Assembly: GCF_004010195.1 (NCBI RefSeq)
Contig: NC_057760.1
Coordinates: 1,419,422 to 1,439,421, forward strand
DNA: 20,000 nt
Source of the DNA: Chiloscyllium plagiosum
Lineage: Eukaryota
Reading direction: 5' to 3'
The number at the start of each line of letters is the position of its first letter. Position 1 is the first letter of the stretch. Made by a program: the position numbers and the translations under genes. Positions 1 to 9,622 of the stretch are shown in pieces. The notes under the pieces were generated by a model. The model was given only the letters and a program-made list of their open reading frames with translations, was not told the DNA's origin and did no database searches.

Positions 1-1029
1 AGCTCAGTGTTGCTTTGCGGGACCCCTCCCCCCGAGAGCTCATACACACCGCGAGTGTGGGGATAACCTTTTTCTCTTGGCTCCCTTTGAGGTCAAGTGG
101 GTGGGGACATCTGGCTCGGGCCCTGTGCTTGGGGAGAGGCCTCCCCCAGTAACTTCACCGACCAAATTCCGTCTCATCTGATGGTGGGTGGTCACTGTCA
201 CCTCGGGGGGAATTTGATGTGCTCTTACACCCTCCACAAAACCGCCCTCTCTCTGACAAAATACAGGCGCTTCCACCCTTCTCACTGGCCCGGTCAGTAT
301 GTGGTGTGACTTAACCCTGTGGTTGTAAAAGATGGACCAGACAATGTTCCCCTGTCTGCCGATCTCGGAGGTCAAGAGTTGACGTGGAGCATTGGCAGCT
401 ACAGGTTGGTTTCCCAGCTCAAGATCCCAGGAGAGCAAAATTGGCACAAACTGTACCATTTTTTTTCCCCTTTTAACAAAAACGGAAGGAAATGCAGTAA
501 CAGGGATTTAAGGGGTCCCTGAATCTTGCCTGACCCCTGACCCCCAAATGAGAGCATGACCTCTTCAGGATTGCGAGCGTTTCGCACCATCGAGGAGGAG
601 TGACCTGTTTTATTTTTTAAACTTCTCATGTGACGGGACTTTCTAAATAGCTTTTCTAAAAAAAAAAAGGACTTGTAATCTGTGTATGTAACACACTGAC
701 CTGTGCGCCAGTCTGGAAGGTTTTCATTTATTAGAACCTGATGAGTTTTTCAGACCGATCTGGTGCACAAATGTTTGTATTTTCTTTAATGCTGTAACAT
801 AGATTTTTATCAAACTTGTGACTTGTTCAGGAGCAATCATGTTTGTCATCTGTCTTGAAGGAAGCACTGGGTCTTTCACTGTTTCCTCGTTTGTAAATAT
901 GTCAGATTAGTTTCCTAAAGGGGGGCGGGGGGGCCTGGTGGGTTACGGAAGGGACAGTTTGAATATTTCTATGAAAGTATATTAAAAAGATATAGTAAGG
1001 GGTTGCAGCAGCAAAGAAGGAACTGTTGC

Positions 1030-1205
1030 CTGTGTATGCATATGTCTCTTAGTGTCTCTGTGCGCGTGTGTGTGTCTGTGTGCGCATGTGTCTCTGTTTG
1101 TCTCTGTGCGTGTGCGCGTGTGTCTCTCTGTCTGTTTCTGTGCATGTGCGCGTGTGTCTGTGTCTGTGCGTGCGTCTCTGTCTCTGTGTGTGTGCGGGTC
1201 TCTCT
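1030..1205. repeat. Compound (TG)/(TC)/(CG) dinucleotide microsatellite
   Basis: gtgtgtgtctgtgtgcgcatgtgtctctg...; explains the spurious CVCV/THTH ORFs. Confidence 0.95.
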
Positions 1206-1531
1206 GGTCTGTTTGTCATGCTGGCCCACTGACCTCTGTACAATATTTTCTGCTCAGTCAAGCCTATTGCAGTCCTTCTGTTGCTGCAAGAGAATCTGTT
1301 TTGAGAACATGGTGCAGACACAGCCGGTTGCTTGGAGCAAGGTGACATGGGAAAACTGGATTGGATGTTCTGCAAACCTATATTTAATTGGCAGAATTTT
1401 GACATCTAAGGAGAGAACCTGTATTTTAATTACCCCCCCCCCGAAGTGCATGCTCCTATTCCCCTCGAGCCTATCCTTGTTGCAGTGGGGAATGGCCCCT
1501 CTGTTTACTTCTACCCCGTGGACCACCGTAC

Positions 1532-1885
1532 GTGGCACAGTGGCTCCGTGGTTATCACTACTGCCCCTCAGCACCAGGGACCCGGGTTCTATTCCACTCT
1601 CTGGTGACTGTGTAAACTCCTCACAGACATTCTCTCCCCCCCCCTCCCATCTGCATGGGATTCTTTCGGCTGCTCTGGTTTCCTCCCGTAGTCCAAAGCT
1701 GTGTGGGTTCGAGTGGATTGGCCATCCTAGATTGCCCCATAGCGTCCAGGGATGTGCAGGTTAGGTGGGTTAACCATGGGAAGTGCAGGATGTTTGAAGT
1801 AGGGTAAGGGGTTGGGATGCTGTTCAGCGGGGTCGATGTGGACTCAGCAGGCCGAATGCCCTGCTTCCACGCTGTAGGGAGTCTG
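1532..1885 (+). mobile_element. tRNA-derived V-SINE (HE1-like), diverged
   Basis: A box TGGCTCCGTGG, B box GGTTCTATTCC, V-domain-like TGGTTTCCTCCC..TCCAAAG, CR1-like 3' tail GGCCGAATGCCCTGCTTCC. Confidence 0.85.
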
Positions 1886-2134
1886 TCAATATTTGAGCCC
1901 TTCACAGTATTTGGAGCTCAAATGTTTGTCAGCAAAATAGATCTTGTGGTAGGCACCAGTTAAAAGTGATAGTGAAATCTGTCGGTGTGCCATTTTTAAA
2001 AACAAATCGGACAGACTGGGTCACTCGCACCCTTCTGTTTAAGAAGGAAAAGGTGAAGCTTTTCCACTTGTGCAACTTTGGGTGTGGTGGAGGCAACGAT
2101 GAACTGCACCTTGATGTGAAGGATGTGTACTTAG

Positions 2135-2575
2135 TCACACAGCATGGAAGTAGATCCTTTGGTCATGCCGTGTTCCCAAACTAAACTAGTCCTACCTTCC
2201 TGCTCCTGGCCCATATCCCTCCAAACATTAACTGCTTTTACATCCACCACTTCCTCTGGAAGTTCATTCCACTTGCCAACCACTAAAACAAAAAAAAATT
2301 ACCACTCATGTCCTTTTGAAGGCGAGAGGAGCAAGATTTCAAAACATGCCCCCAGTCTTGAAAAATTGTCGGGAAAAGAGCTTTGCTATTCATATTTTAT
2401 ATGTACCCTTCTAAGCCTCTTTAAGGTCACCCCTCAACCTCCAACACTCCAGTGAAAAAAGGCCTAGCCCGTTCAGCCTCTCCTCTTTAAAGCTCAAACC
2501 CTCCATTCTCAGTAACATTCTGGTAAATCTCTTCTGAACCCTCCCCAGCTTAATAATATCCTTCCTCGTAACAAT
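2135..2575 (-). mobile_element. CR1/HER1-like LINE 3' fragment
   Basis: Minus-strand peptide RKDIIKLGRVQKRFTRMLLRMEGLSFKEERLNGLGLFSLECWRLRGDL, typical of the CR1 ORF2 C-terminus, followed by a degraded 3' tail. Confidence 0.9.
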
Positions 2576-2888
2576 GAAAGTTGGTTTTCTGTCTCTGATT
2601 TTTATCATGGGGGTCACTACTGAGGGGTGTGTCAACACAGCAGAGGCCATTCTGCTCCAGAGCCATTCTGCTATCCAATCTGCTTACCACTCCCAATTAC
2701 CCACCTTGGTTCCGTATCCTTTCATCCCCTTTTCCCCCAACAAAGTAAATGCATCTGCCATAAAAATAAAATCTTAAACCATCTGTTCACCTCAGACTTG
2801 ACATTTTATTTCAGTTGATCTCCAGTATTTGTGGACCCAGTCCTCATATCTCAACTTTTTCCCCCCTTTTTCCCTTCGTGTGAAGAAG

Positions 2889-2945
2889 NNNNNNNNNNNN
2901 NNNNNNNNNNNNNNNNNNNNNNNNNNNNNNNNNNNNNNNNNNNNN
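2889..2945. other. Assembly gap (57 N)
   Basis: Run of N. Confidence 1.
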
Positions 2946-3212
2946 TAAGTGCACTCTGCTACCTCAGAGCCAGTCCTTTTAGAATGAGGAGATTCTCTGA
3001 GTCTTCCGTTTATAATCCCCCCCACCCCACCCCACAGTACCACTGACCCTAAAGGGAGGCCCAAAGCAGTAGTGCGTGTGATTTTCCCAAAATCACCTGT
3101 GCGTGTGTGTGTGTGTACACCGTGAAAAGCCATCATTGTGCTAATATGTTATACTTCCCACGTCCAGGAAGGCACCCGTTGGCTAGTGAAACATTAACAA
3201 AGTCCTATGAGG

Positions 3213-3385
3213 AACAAAAGCAGAAGTTACTGGAAAAGCTCAGTAGGTCTGGCAGCAGCCGTGGCGAGAAATCTAACTTGAGTTTTCTGCTCTGGTGACC
3301 CATTCTCCAGAGCTGATGATACCAAGGAATATCCAGGTGCTGCCAGACCTGGTGAGCTTTTCCAGTGGTTTCTTTGTTTTTTTTG
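3213..3385. mobile_element. Short inverted-repeat (foldback) element related to the Penelope-derived family
   Basis: ACTGGAAAAGCTCAGTAGGTCTGGCAGCA (3229-3257) is the near reverse complement of TGCTGCCAGACCTGGTGAGCTTTTCCAGT (3338-3366). Confidence 0.7.
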
Positions 3386-3469
3386 TTTCTGCGTCCGCAG
3401 TTGTTTCGGTTTTTATGAATCCTGATGAGGGCCACATTTGTGAAAAAAGTGAGGAGGGGTTTTGATAGC

Positions 3470-3744
3470 TTCCCTACAGTGTGGGAACAGGCCCTTCGGC
3501 ACAACCAGTCCACCCCCCCCCCCTCCAAAGAGTAACCCAAACCCATTTCCCTCTGACCGATGCACCCATCACTATGGGCAATTTAGCATGGCCAGTTCAC
3601 CCGACCTACACATCTTTGGACTGTGGGAGGAAACCCACGCAGACACTGGGAGAATATGCAAACACCACACAGACAGTCACCTCGAGGGGGTGAAATCGAA
3701 CCCTCCTGGCTCCGTGAGGCAACAGTGCTAACCACTGAGCCACC
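3470..3744 (-). mobile_element. tRNA-derived V-SINE (HE1-like)
   Basis: Reverse complement begins TGGTGGCTCAGTGGTTAGCACTGTTGCCTCAC and contains GCGTGGGTTTCCTCCCACAGTCCAAAGATGTG. Confidence 0.92.
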
Positions 3745-4314
3745 AGGGAGAGGAGAGGGGACTAAATCAAAGTAGAGTTGGAGGCGGGAATTTGTATTTT
3801 TCCATTTGCGACAGTGGGATGTAATCCCAGGATTACTTGTCTGCTGCCTCTCTCAAACCGCTCCCCCCACCTGATCTGTGCAACTCATCATTTTTTCTTA
3901 AGTCCTCATTTTCAATACTGGGGAACTCCTTTTGTGCATGGGTGATGCAGATCAGTGAGTATGAAGGAAGTGGGCAGCTTGTTTAGGGTGGAGGGTGAGG
4001 TGCCATATGTGATAGGCTGGTACCCTGTCTCTGCCATGGTCAGGTCAGCCGCCTCCATCGCATGGGTCGTCTCCTGAGCCCAGGCTGTTCCTGGCAATCT
4101 CTCCTTGCGTACGTTTGGCTGTGACCCTCCTGTAATTAGAGGGCAAGCCCCTCACACTCTTATCTGTCTTTCTCTGTGTTTGGACGATTCTGCAAGTGTA
4201 CGGTTCATGATATGAGGCGGGGAGAGGGGTGAGCTGTATGTGTCTGTTTGGGCTGTGAACGTGGCATCATGTAAAGTTTCACATCAAGAGTTCAAAGTTG
4301 ACTATTGGGACACT

Positions 4315-4520
4315 AGTCGAAAAATGTGGTGCTGGAAAAGCACAGCCGGTCAGGCAGCATCAGAGGAGCAGGAGTCGAGCATAAGCTCTACGTCAGGAAT
4401 GTGCTCATGCCCTAAACGCTGACTCCCCTGCTCCTTGGATGCTAACTGACCAGTTGTGCTTTTCCAGAACTTTTTTTTTGACTCTGATCTCCAACATCTG
4501 CAGTCCTCACTTTCTCCTTA
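4315..4520. mobile_element. Penelope-derived foldback element with degenerate hammerhead centre
   Basis: Arms GCTGGAAAAGCACAGCCGGTCAGGCAGCATC and GATGCTAACTGACCAGTTGTGCTTTTCCAG; tail CATCTGCAGTCCTCACTTTCTCC similar to those at 5221 and 5447. Confidence 0.8.
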
Positions 4521-4665
4521 TTTGGATACTACTCTTGTAGAAATACAATGAACTTCTCTCCCCTCCTTAACCTTCTGTCGTGTCTCCCTTTACTACCTGT
4601 ACATGTTTTTAATTTCTTTTTTTTATTTATTCAGATTAACATTGTTAATCTTTCCATCATGTATT

Positions 4666-4715
4666 AATAAAGAAATGAGATACTCCTTTTGCTTGTGTTT
4701 CCTGTTTTATTGATT
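4666..4715 (+). terminator. Polyadenylation signal AATAAA with downstream GU/U-rich element
   Basis: AATAAA at 4666-4671, upstream TGTA and T-rich tract (4598-4630), downstream CTTTTGCTTGTGTTTCCTGTTTTATTGATTTT. Confidence 0.55.
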
Positions 4716-5116
4716 TTGAAACATGCCCTTCTACCCAGGGCATCCCCTGGATTCAGAGAATGGTGGGCTTTAGCTCCTAACATGCAGACATGAACCTGCA
4801 GATGCAGGTTGCTAGGGAGGTGCTGCACTACCAGGGTTGTATGAGATGCTGAACAAGGTGAGACATAGAGTGTGCAGGTAGATTCCTTGTTTAGACTGGC
4901 AGTGATATTATTGCCTTCTGCACATGACCATTTTGTTCAGTTGTCCTGAGTGAATGATGTGTATTTCCAGTTATGTAGAATAATAGGGACAGGGATAGGC
5001 CATTTGATCTTTGTTTTTTAATGCCTGCTTTCCCAATTCGATATATGATCGTGGTCCAACTCAGTAGCCTGATCCTGCTTTACTGCATATCCTTTGAGTA
5101 GAAAAGTAGAAAACCT

Positions 5117-5243
5117 CTTCCTGCTGAAGGGCTTAGACTTGAAACGTCGATTCTCCTGCTCTTCGGATGCTGTCTGACTGGCTGGCTGTGTTTTTCCAGC
5201 ACTGCACTCTTCAACTCTGATCTGCAGTCCTCACTTTCTCCCC
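5117..5243 (+). mobile_element. Penelope-derived short element, single arm, hammerhead core mutated
   Basis: TTC-CTGCTGA-AGGGCTTAGACTT-GAAACGTC-GATT, then the family body CCTGCTCTTCGGATGCTG...TTTTCCAGCAC...CTGCAGTCCTCACTTTCTCC. Confidence 0.8.
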
Positions 5244-5249
5244 TGTAGG

Positions 5250-5470
5250 AAAGTGTGGCACTGGAAAAAGCACAGCAGGTCAGGCAGCATCTGGGAAGCA
5301 GGAGGGTCCACGTTTCAGGCATAAGCCCTTCATCAGGAAACCTGAAGAAAGGCTTATGCCTGAAATGTTGACTTTCCTGCTCCTAAGATGTTGCCTGACT
5401 TGCTGTGCTTTTCCCAATGCCACGCTTTTTGATGCTGACTCTGCAGCATCTGCTGTCCTCACTCTCTCCA
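5250..5470. mobile_element. Penelope-derived head-to-head foldback element with two hammerhead motifs
   Basis: Arms ~5250-5337 and ~5341-5430 are reverse complements. Minus motif CTGATGA-AGGGC-TTAT-GCCT-GAAACG; plus motif CTGAAGA-AAGGC-TTAT-GCCT-GAAATGTT. Confidence 0.85.
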
Positions 5471-5519
5471 TATCCTTTGGTCCCTTTCAGCCTCAAATAC
5501 TCTAATGTTCTGCCCTTAA

Positions 5520-6215
5520 GACCATAAGACATAGGAGCGGAAGCCATTCGGCCCATCCAGTCCACTCCGCCATTCAATCATGACTGATGGGCATTTCAAC
5601 TCCACTTACCCGCATTCTCCCCGTATCTCTTAATTCCTTGTGACATCAAGAATTTATCAATTTCTGCCTTGAAGACATTTAGCGTCCCGGCCTCCATTGC
5701 ACTCTGCGGCAATGAATTCCACAGGCCCACCACTCTCTGGCTGAAGAAATGTCTCCGCATTTCTGTTCTGAATTTACCCCCTCTAATTCTAAGGCTGTGT
5801 CCATGGGTCCTAGTCTCCTCGCCTAACGGAAACAATTTCCTAGCGTCCACCCTTTCCAAGCCATGTATTATCTTGTAAGTTTCTATTAGATCTCCCCTTA
5901 ATCTTCTAAACTCCAATGAATACAATCCCAGGATCCTCAGCCATTCCTCACATGTTAGACCTACCATTCCAGGGATCATCCGTGTGAATCTCCGCTGGAC
6001 ACGCTCCAGTGCCAGTATGTCCTTCCTGAGGTGTGGGGACCAAAACTGGACACACTACTCCAAATGGAGCCTAACCAGAGCTTTATAAAGTCTCAGTAGC
6101 ACAACGGTGCTTTTATATTCCAACATTGCATTCGCTTTCTTAATCACGGACTCAACCTGCATGTTTACCTTTAGAGAATCCTCAACTAGCACTCCCAGAT
6201 CCCTCTGTACTTTGG
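5520..6215 (-). mobile_element. CR1-clade LINE 3' fragment (ORF2 C-terminus plus 3' tail)
   Basis: ORF 5596-5979 MIPGMVGLTCEEWLRILGLYSLEFRRLRGDLIETYKI...FFSQRVVGLWNSLP; tail ends in a CTTATG-type repeat. Confidence 0.93.
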
Positions 6216-6334
6216 CTGAACAAAGAACAAGTGCAGTAAAGAAACCGGCCCTTTGGCCCTCAGCCTGTGCCCTTCTGTACTATAACTATCTTCACTTACA
6301 GGATCTGTATCCCTCTATTCCCTTCCTATTCATG

Positions 6335-6456
6335 ACTTGGAGGTGCCGCTGTTGGACTGGTGTGGACAAAGTTGAAAATCACCCAACACCAGGTTATAGT
6401 CCAACATGTTTAATTGGAAGCACTAGCTTTTGGAGTGCTGCTCCTTCATCAGGTCC
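6335..6456 (-). mobile_element. Second Penelope-type short element family with hammerhead motif (GAAA mutated to AAAA)
   Basis: Minus strand reads AC-CTGATGA-AGGAG-CAGCA-CTCC-AAAA-GC-TA-GTG, followed by the family body TTGGACTATAACCTGGTGTTG. Confidence 0.7.
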
Positions 6457-6484
6457 AGGTATTTCTTGAATGCTGCTATTGAGT

Positions 6485-6662
6485 CGTGAGTTCATGGAAT
6501 GCCCTGCCAGTAGCAGTGGTGGACCCTCCCTCTTTATGGGCATTTAAACAGGCATTGGATAGGCATATGGAGGATAGTGGGCTAGTGTAGGTTAGGTGGG
6601 CTTGGGTCGGCGCAACATCGAGGGCCGAAGGGCCTGTACTGCGCTGTATTTTTCTGTTCTAT
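6485..6662 (+). mobile_element. CR1-type LINE 3' tail
   Basis: TGGAATGCCCTGCCAG...CATTTAAACAGGCATTGGATAGGCATATG...GGGCCGAAGGGCCTGTACTGCGCTGTA. Confidence 0.85.
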
Positions 6663-6689
6663 TGTGTCTGATTCCACAATGGTAAAGCA

Positions 6690-6960
6690 TTCCTTTGTAT
6701 GAAAGACTTGCCTCGTGCATCTCTTTAAACTTCCCCTCCCCATACCTTAAACCTGTGTCCTGTAGTAATTGACCCCTCCACCCTGGCTAAATGCTTCCGA
6801 CTTTCCACTCTATCCATGGCATTCACAACCTTAGAAATTTCTATCAGGTCTCCCTTCAAACTCCTGCATTCCAGTGAAAACAAGCCTAACCTTTCTTCAT
6901 AGTTAGAGCCCCCCCCCATACTGGGCCACATCCTGGTCAACTTATTCTGTACTCTGCTTT
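6690..6960 (-). mobile_element. Degraded CR1-type LINE fragment
   Basis: Peptide EERLGLFSLECRSLKGDLIEISKVVNAMDRVE...TGHRFKV. Confidence 0.85.
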
Positions 6961-6994
6961 CTGTAGTGAGTTCTATTCTCTGGCTCAAGGTATT

Positions 6995-7470
6995 TATAGA
7001 GTCAATGAGCTGTACAGCACAGAAACAGACCCCTTGGTCTAACTCACCCATGCACATTGGGGTGGCACGGTGACTCAGTGGTTAGCACTGCTGTCTCACA
7101 GCGCCAGGGACCTAGGTTCGATTCCAGCCTTGGGCAACTGTGTGGAGTTTGCACCTTCTCCCCGTGCCTGTGTGGGTTTCCTCCGGGTGCTCTGGTTTTC
7201 TCCTACAGTCCAAAGATGTGCAGGTGAAGTGAATAGGCCATTCTAAATTGCCTGTAGCGTTTGGTGCATTAGTCAGTGGGAAATGGGTCTGGGTGGGTTC
7301 CCCTTCGGAGGGTCGGTGTGGACTTGTTGGGCTGATGGGTCTATTTCCATGCTGTAGGGAATCTAATCATGCCGACTAGATATCCCACCTGACAGCACCC
7401 GGCCCATATCCCTCCAAACCCTCCCTATTCGTACACCCCATCCAGATGCCTTTTAAATGTTGCAATTATT
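6995..7470 (-). mobile_element. CR1/HER1 3' tail interrupted by a V-SINE
   Basis: 6995-7053 and 7368-7470 match consecutive parts of the tail seen intact at 13655-13820. Confidence 0.8.
7059..7367 (+). mobile_element. tRNA-derived V-SINE (HE1-like)
   Basis: GGTGGCACGGTGACTCAGTGGTTAGCACTGCTG...GGTTCGATTCC (B box)...GTGGGTTTCCTCCGGGTGCTCTGGTTT...AATCTAATC. Confidence 0.95.
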
Positions 7471-7654
7471 CTGGCCACTTCTCATCTCAGACTTGAATAT
7501 CTTTAGATGCGCCCTTTATTTTAAAAAAAAAATTGGTAGTTAGTGAGAGGATTTTTTAAAAAATAATGTATTATTCATTCATTTTTCTCTGATCCATCCT
7601 CGGAACGAGGCTGAATAGGGAGGGAATCTTCTCAACACCAACATGTAATGCCTG

Positions 7655-7810
7655 TGTGAACTGGGGCGGCTTTGCCAGTATCAAAGATGGCAGCCCTCTA
7701 TTCGTCACAGCGAGCGGGAACTGGCCACGACGAGGGTTGTCACGTGGTCTCAGTGGGCAAAAGCGCGCGGTGCGTCGGCGCTCGAGGCGGCACCTGAGGC
7801 GAAGCTGGTT
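7655..7810. promoter_or_regulatory. Small CpG-rich promoter-like element
   Basis: Dense CpGs (AGCGCGCGGTGCGTCGGCGCTCGAGGCGG), GC box GGGGCGG 7663-7669, YY1-like AAGATGGC 7684-7691, E-box GTCACGTGG with CACGTG at 7741-7746. Confidence 0.5.
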
Positions 7811-7934
7811 AAGCTAGTTACTGGTTAACGAGTCGTTAATAACCAGTTTGGGGTCAGTGATCACAGGCCAACTTCAGTTCATTTCCGTCACCGTTAAGGA
7901 AGGAATCTAGCAATGAATGCCGAGCAATAACCTA

Positions 7935-9305
7935 GTTACTGTTAACTAATTTAACCAGTGCTGAGGAATTAACAAGGATTTCCATTATAATCTGGAAATT
8001 AACCAGTTTTACTGAGGATTTAATAAGGAACTCTGGAAATTTCACCCAATTTAACCAGTACTGAGGATTTAATAAATTATCAGAGAAAGTCACATAACTC
8101 TTCACAAATTTAACCAAGACTGAGGAATTAATAAGGAACTCTGTCATAATCTGAAAATTTCACCTAATCTAACCAGTACTGAGGAATTAATAAATTCTCA
8201 GTGGAAGTCACATAACTATTAAGTAATTTAACAATACTGAGCAATCAGTATGGATTTCTCAGTCATAATCTGGTAATTAACCAATTTAACCAAGACTGAG
8301 GAATTAACAAGAACCTCTGTCATAATCTGGAAGTTAACCAGTTTTATTGAGGAATTAATAGGGCACTCTATCATAACCTGGAAATGTCACCCAGTTTAAC
8401 CAATACTAAGGAATTAATAAATTCTCAGTAATGAAAGTCTGGTAACTATCAACTAATTTAACCAATACTGAGGAATTAATACTGAACTCGGTTGCAATCT
8501 GGAAATTAATCGGTTTAATCAATACTGAGGAATTAAGGAACCCTCAGTCATAATCTGGTAATTACCCAGTTTAACCAATACTAAGTAATTATTAAGGAAC
8601 CCTCAGTCATAATCTGGTAATTACCCAGTTTAACCAATACTAAATAATTAATAAGGAGCCCTCAGTCATAATCTGGCAATTGACCACTTTAACCAATGCT
8701 GAGGAATTAATAAATAATTCAATAATTAAGTGGTAATTTCATCCACTTAACCCATACTGAGAAATTAATAAATTCTCAGTGAAAGTCTGATAACTATTAA
8801 GTAATTTAACCAATACTGTGGAATTAAAGAAGCAAAACTAATTTATAAGCAACTCTCAGTATTATGGTAATTATTAAATTTACCAAGTGGAGAAATCAAT
8901 AAGCAATCCTCCGTAATAACCTGCTAAATCTTAACCAATACTTGATTAATGCTGAATTCATGAGCAGCTTGATAATTTTAATCAATTAAACCAATGCTGA
9001 GGATTCAATGGGAAATATTCAGTAATAACAAAGGTAACTAATAGTCAATTTACCAAATATTAAGAAATTAATAAGGAATGCTCAGTAATAATTCTCGTAA
9101 GTGTTAACCAATTTATAAAATACTGAGGAAATAATAGGGAAAATTCAGTAATAACCTGCTGAGTGTTAATCAGCTTAACAAAAATTGTGTAACTGATAAG
9201 GAACACTCAGGAATAAGCAGGTATGTTTCACTGCTACTGAACAGATAATTCAGAATACTGAGTACTGTACTGAGTAATTACCAACACTGATTACTCAGCA
9301 TTAAT
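7935..9305. repeat. AT-rich ~59-bp diverged tandem array with internal palindromes (about 22 units)
   Basis: Core TTTAACCAATACTGAGGAATTAATAA recurs with its CTGAG anchor at about 7961, 8012, 8061, 8120, 8179, 8237, 8296, 8347, 8406, 8468, 8525, 8581, 8640, 8699, 8757, 8816, then more degenerate to ~9300. Confidence 0.9.
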
Positions 9306-9315
9306 TATGAATTTC

Positions 9316-9622
9316 TGGATTAGTGGTGCTGGAAGAGCACAGCAGGTCAGGCGGCATCCGAGGAGCAGTAAAACTGACGTTTCGGGCAAAAGCCCTTCAT
9401 CAGGAATAGAGGCAGAGAGCCTGAAGGGTGGAGAGATAAGTGAGAGGAGGGTGGGGGTGGGGAGAAAGTCGCATAGAGTACAATAGGTGAGTGGGGGAGG
9501 GGATGAAGGTGATAGGTCGGGGGGTTGGGGGGAGAGGGTGGAGTGAATAGATGGAAAAGAAGATAGGCAGGTAGGACAAGTCATGGGGACAGTGCTGAAC
9601 TGGAAGTTTGGAACTGGGGTAT
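9316..9622 (-). mobile_element. Penelope-derived element with intact minimal hammerhead core and a purine/pyrimidine-skewed arm
   Basis: GTGGTGCTGGAAGAGCACAGCAGGTCAGGCGGCATCCGAGGAGCAG...GACGTTTCGGGCAAAAGCCCTTCATCAGG, followed by a G/A-rich segment. Confidence 0.85.
9373..9407 (-). ncRNA. Minimal type I hammerhead ribozyme motif (Penelope type)
   Basis: Minus strand ATTC-CTGATGA-A-GGGC-TTTT-GCCC-GAAA-CG-TC: CUGANGA box, perfect stem II, GAAA box, palindromic ACGT, UC cleavage site. Stem I is weak in this copy. Confidence 0.7.

Larger units (their letters stand above)
520..4715 (+). other. Probable long 3' UTR of an upstream plus-strand gene (repeat-interrupted)
   Basis: U-rich/TGTA-rich non-coding stretches (600-1000, 4590-4720), no recognisable ORF, ends in a canonical poly(A) signal context. 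Start boundary is arbitrary. Confidence 0.35.

Noticed and set aside
40..459. 139-aa minus-strand ORF with an NLS-like KGAKRKR
   Set aside because: No recognisable homology or convincing splice context.
1003..1764. 253-aa Cys/Val-rich ORF
   Set aside because: Translation of a dinucleotide microsatellite plus a SINE.
3421..3446. CTGATGA...GAAA possible hammerhead
   Set aside because: No stem II complementarity and no UH after a stem III.
7059..7135. tRNA-like sequences (also 1532, 3700-3744, 11645)
   Set aside because: These are tRNA-derived SINE heads continuing into V-SINE bodies, not tRNA genes.
7932..8147. LRR-like translation (NLTNTEEL) and the 71-aa minus-strand ORF in the array
   Set aside because: The unit length is mostly not a multiple of 3 and stops are frequent; an artefact of the repeat.
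7935..9305. CRISPR-like appearance (26-bp conserved core plus ~33-bp variable part, ~59-bp period)
   Set aside because: The 'spacers' are homologous to each other, the cores are degenerate, there are no cas genes, and the context is vertebrate. This is a tandem repeat.
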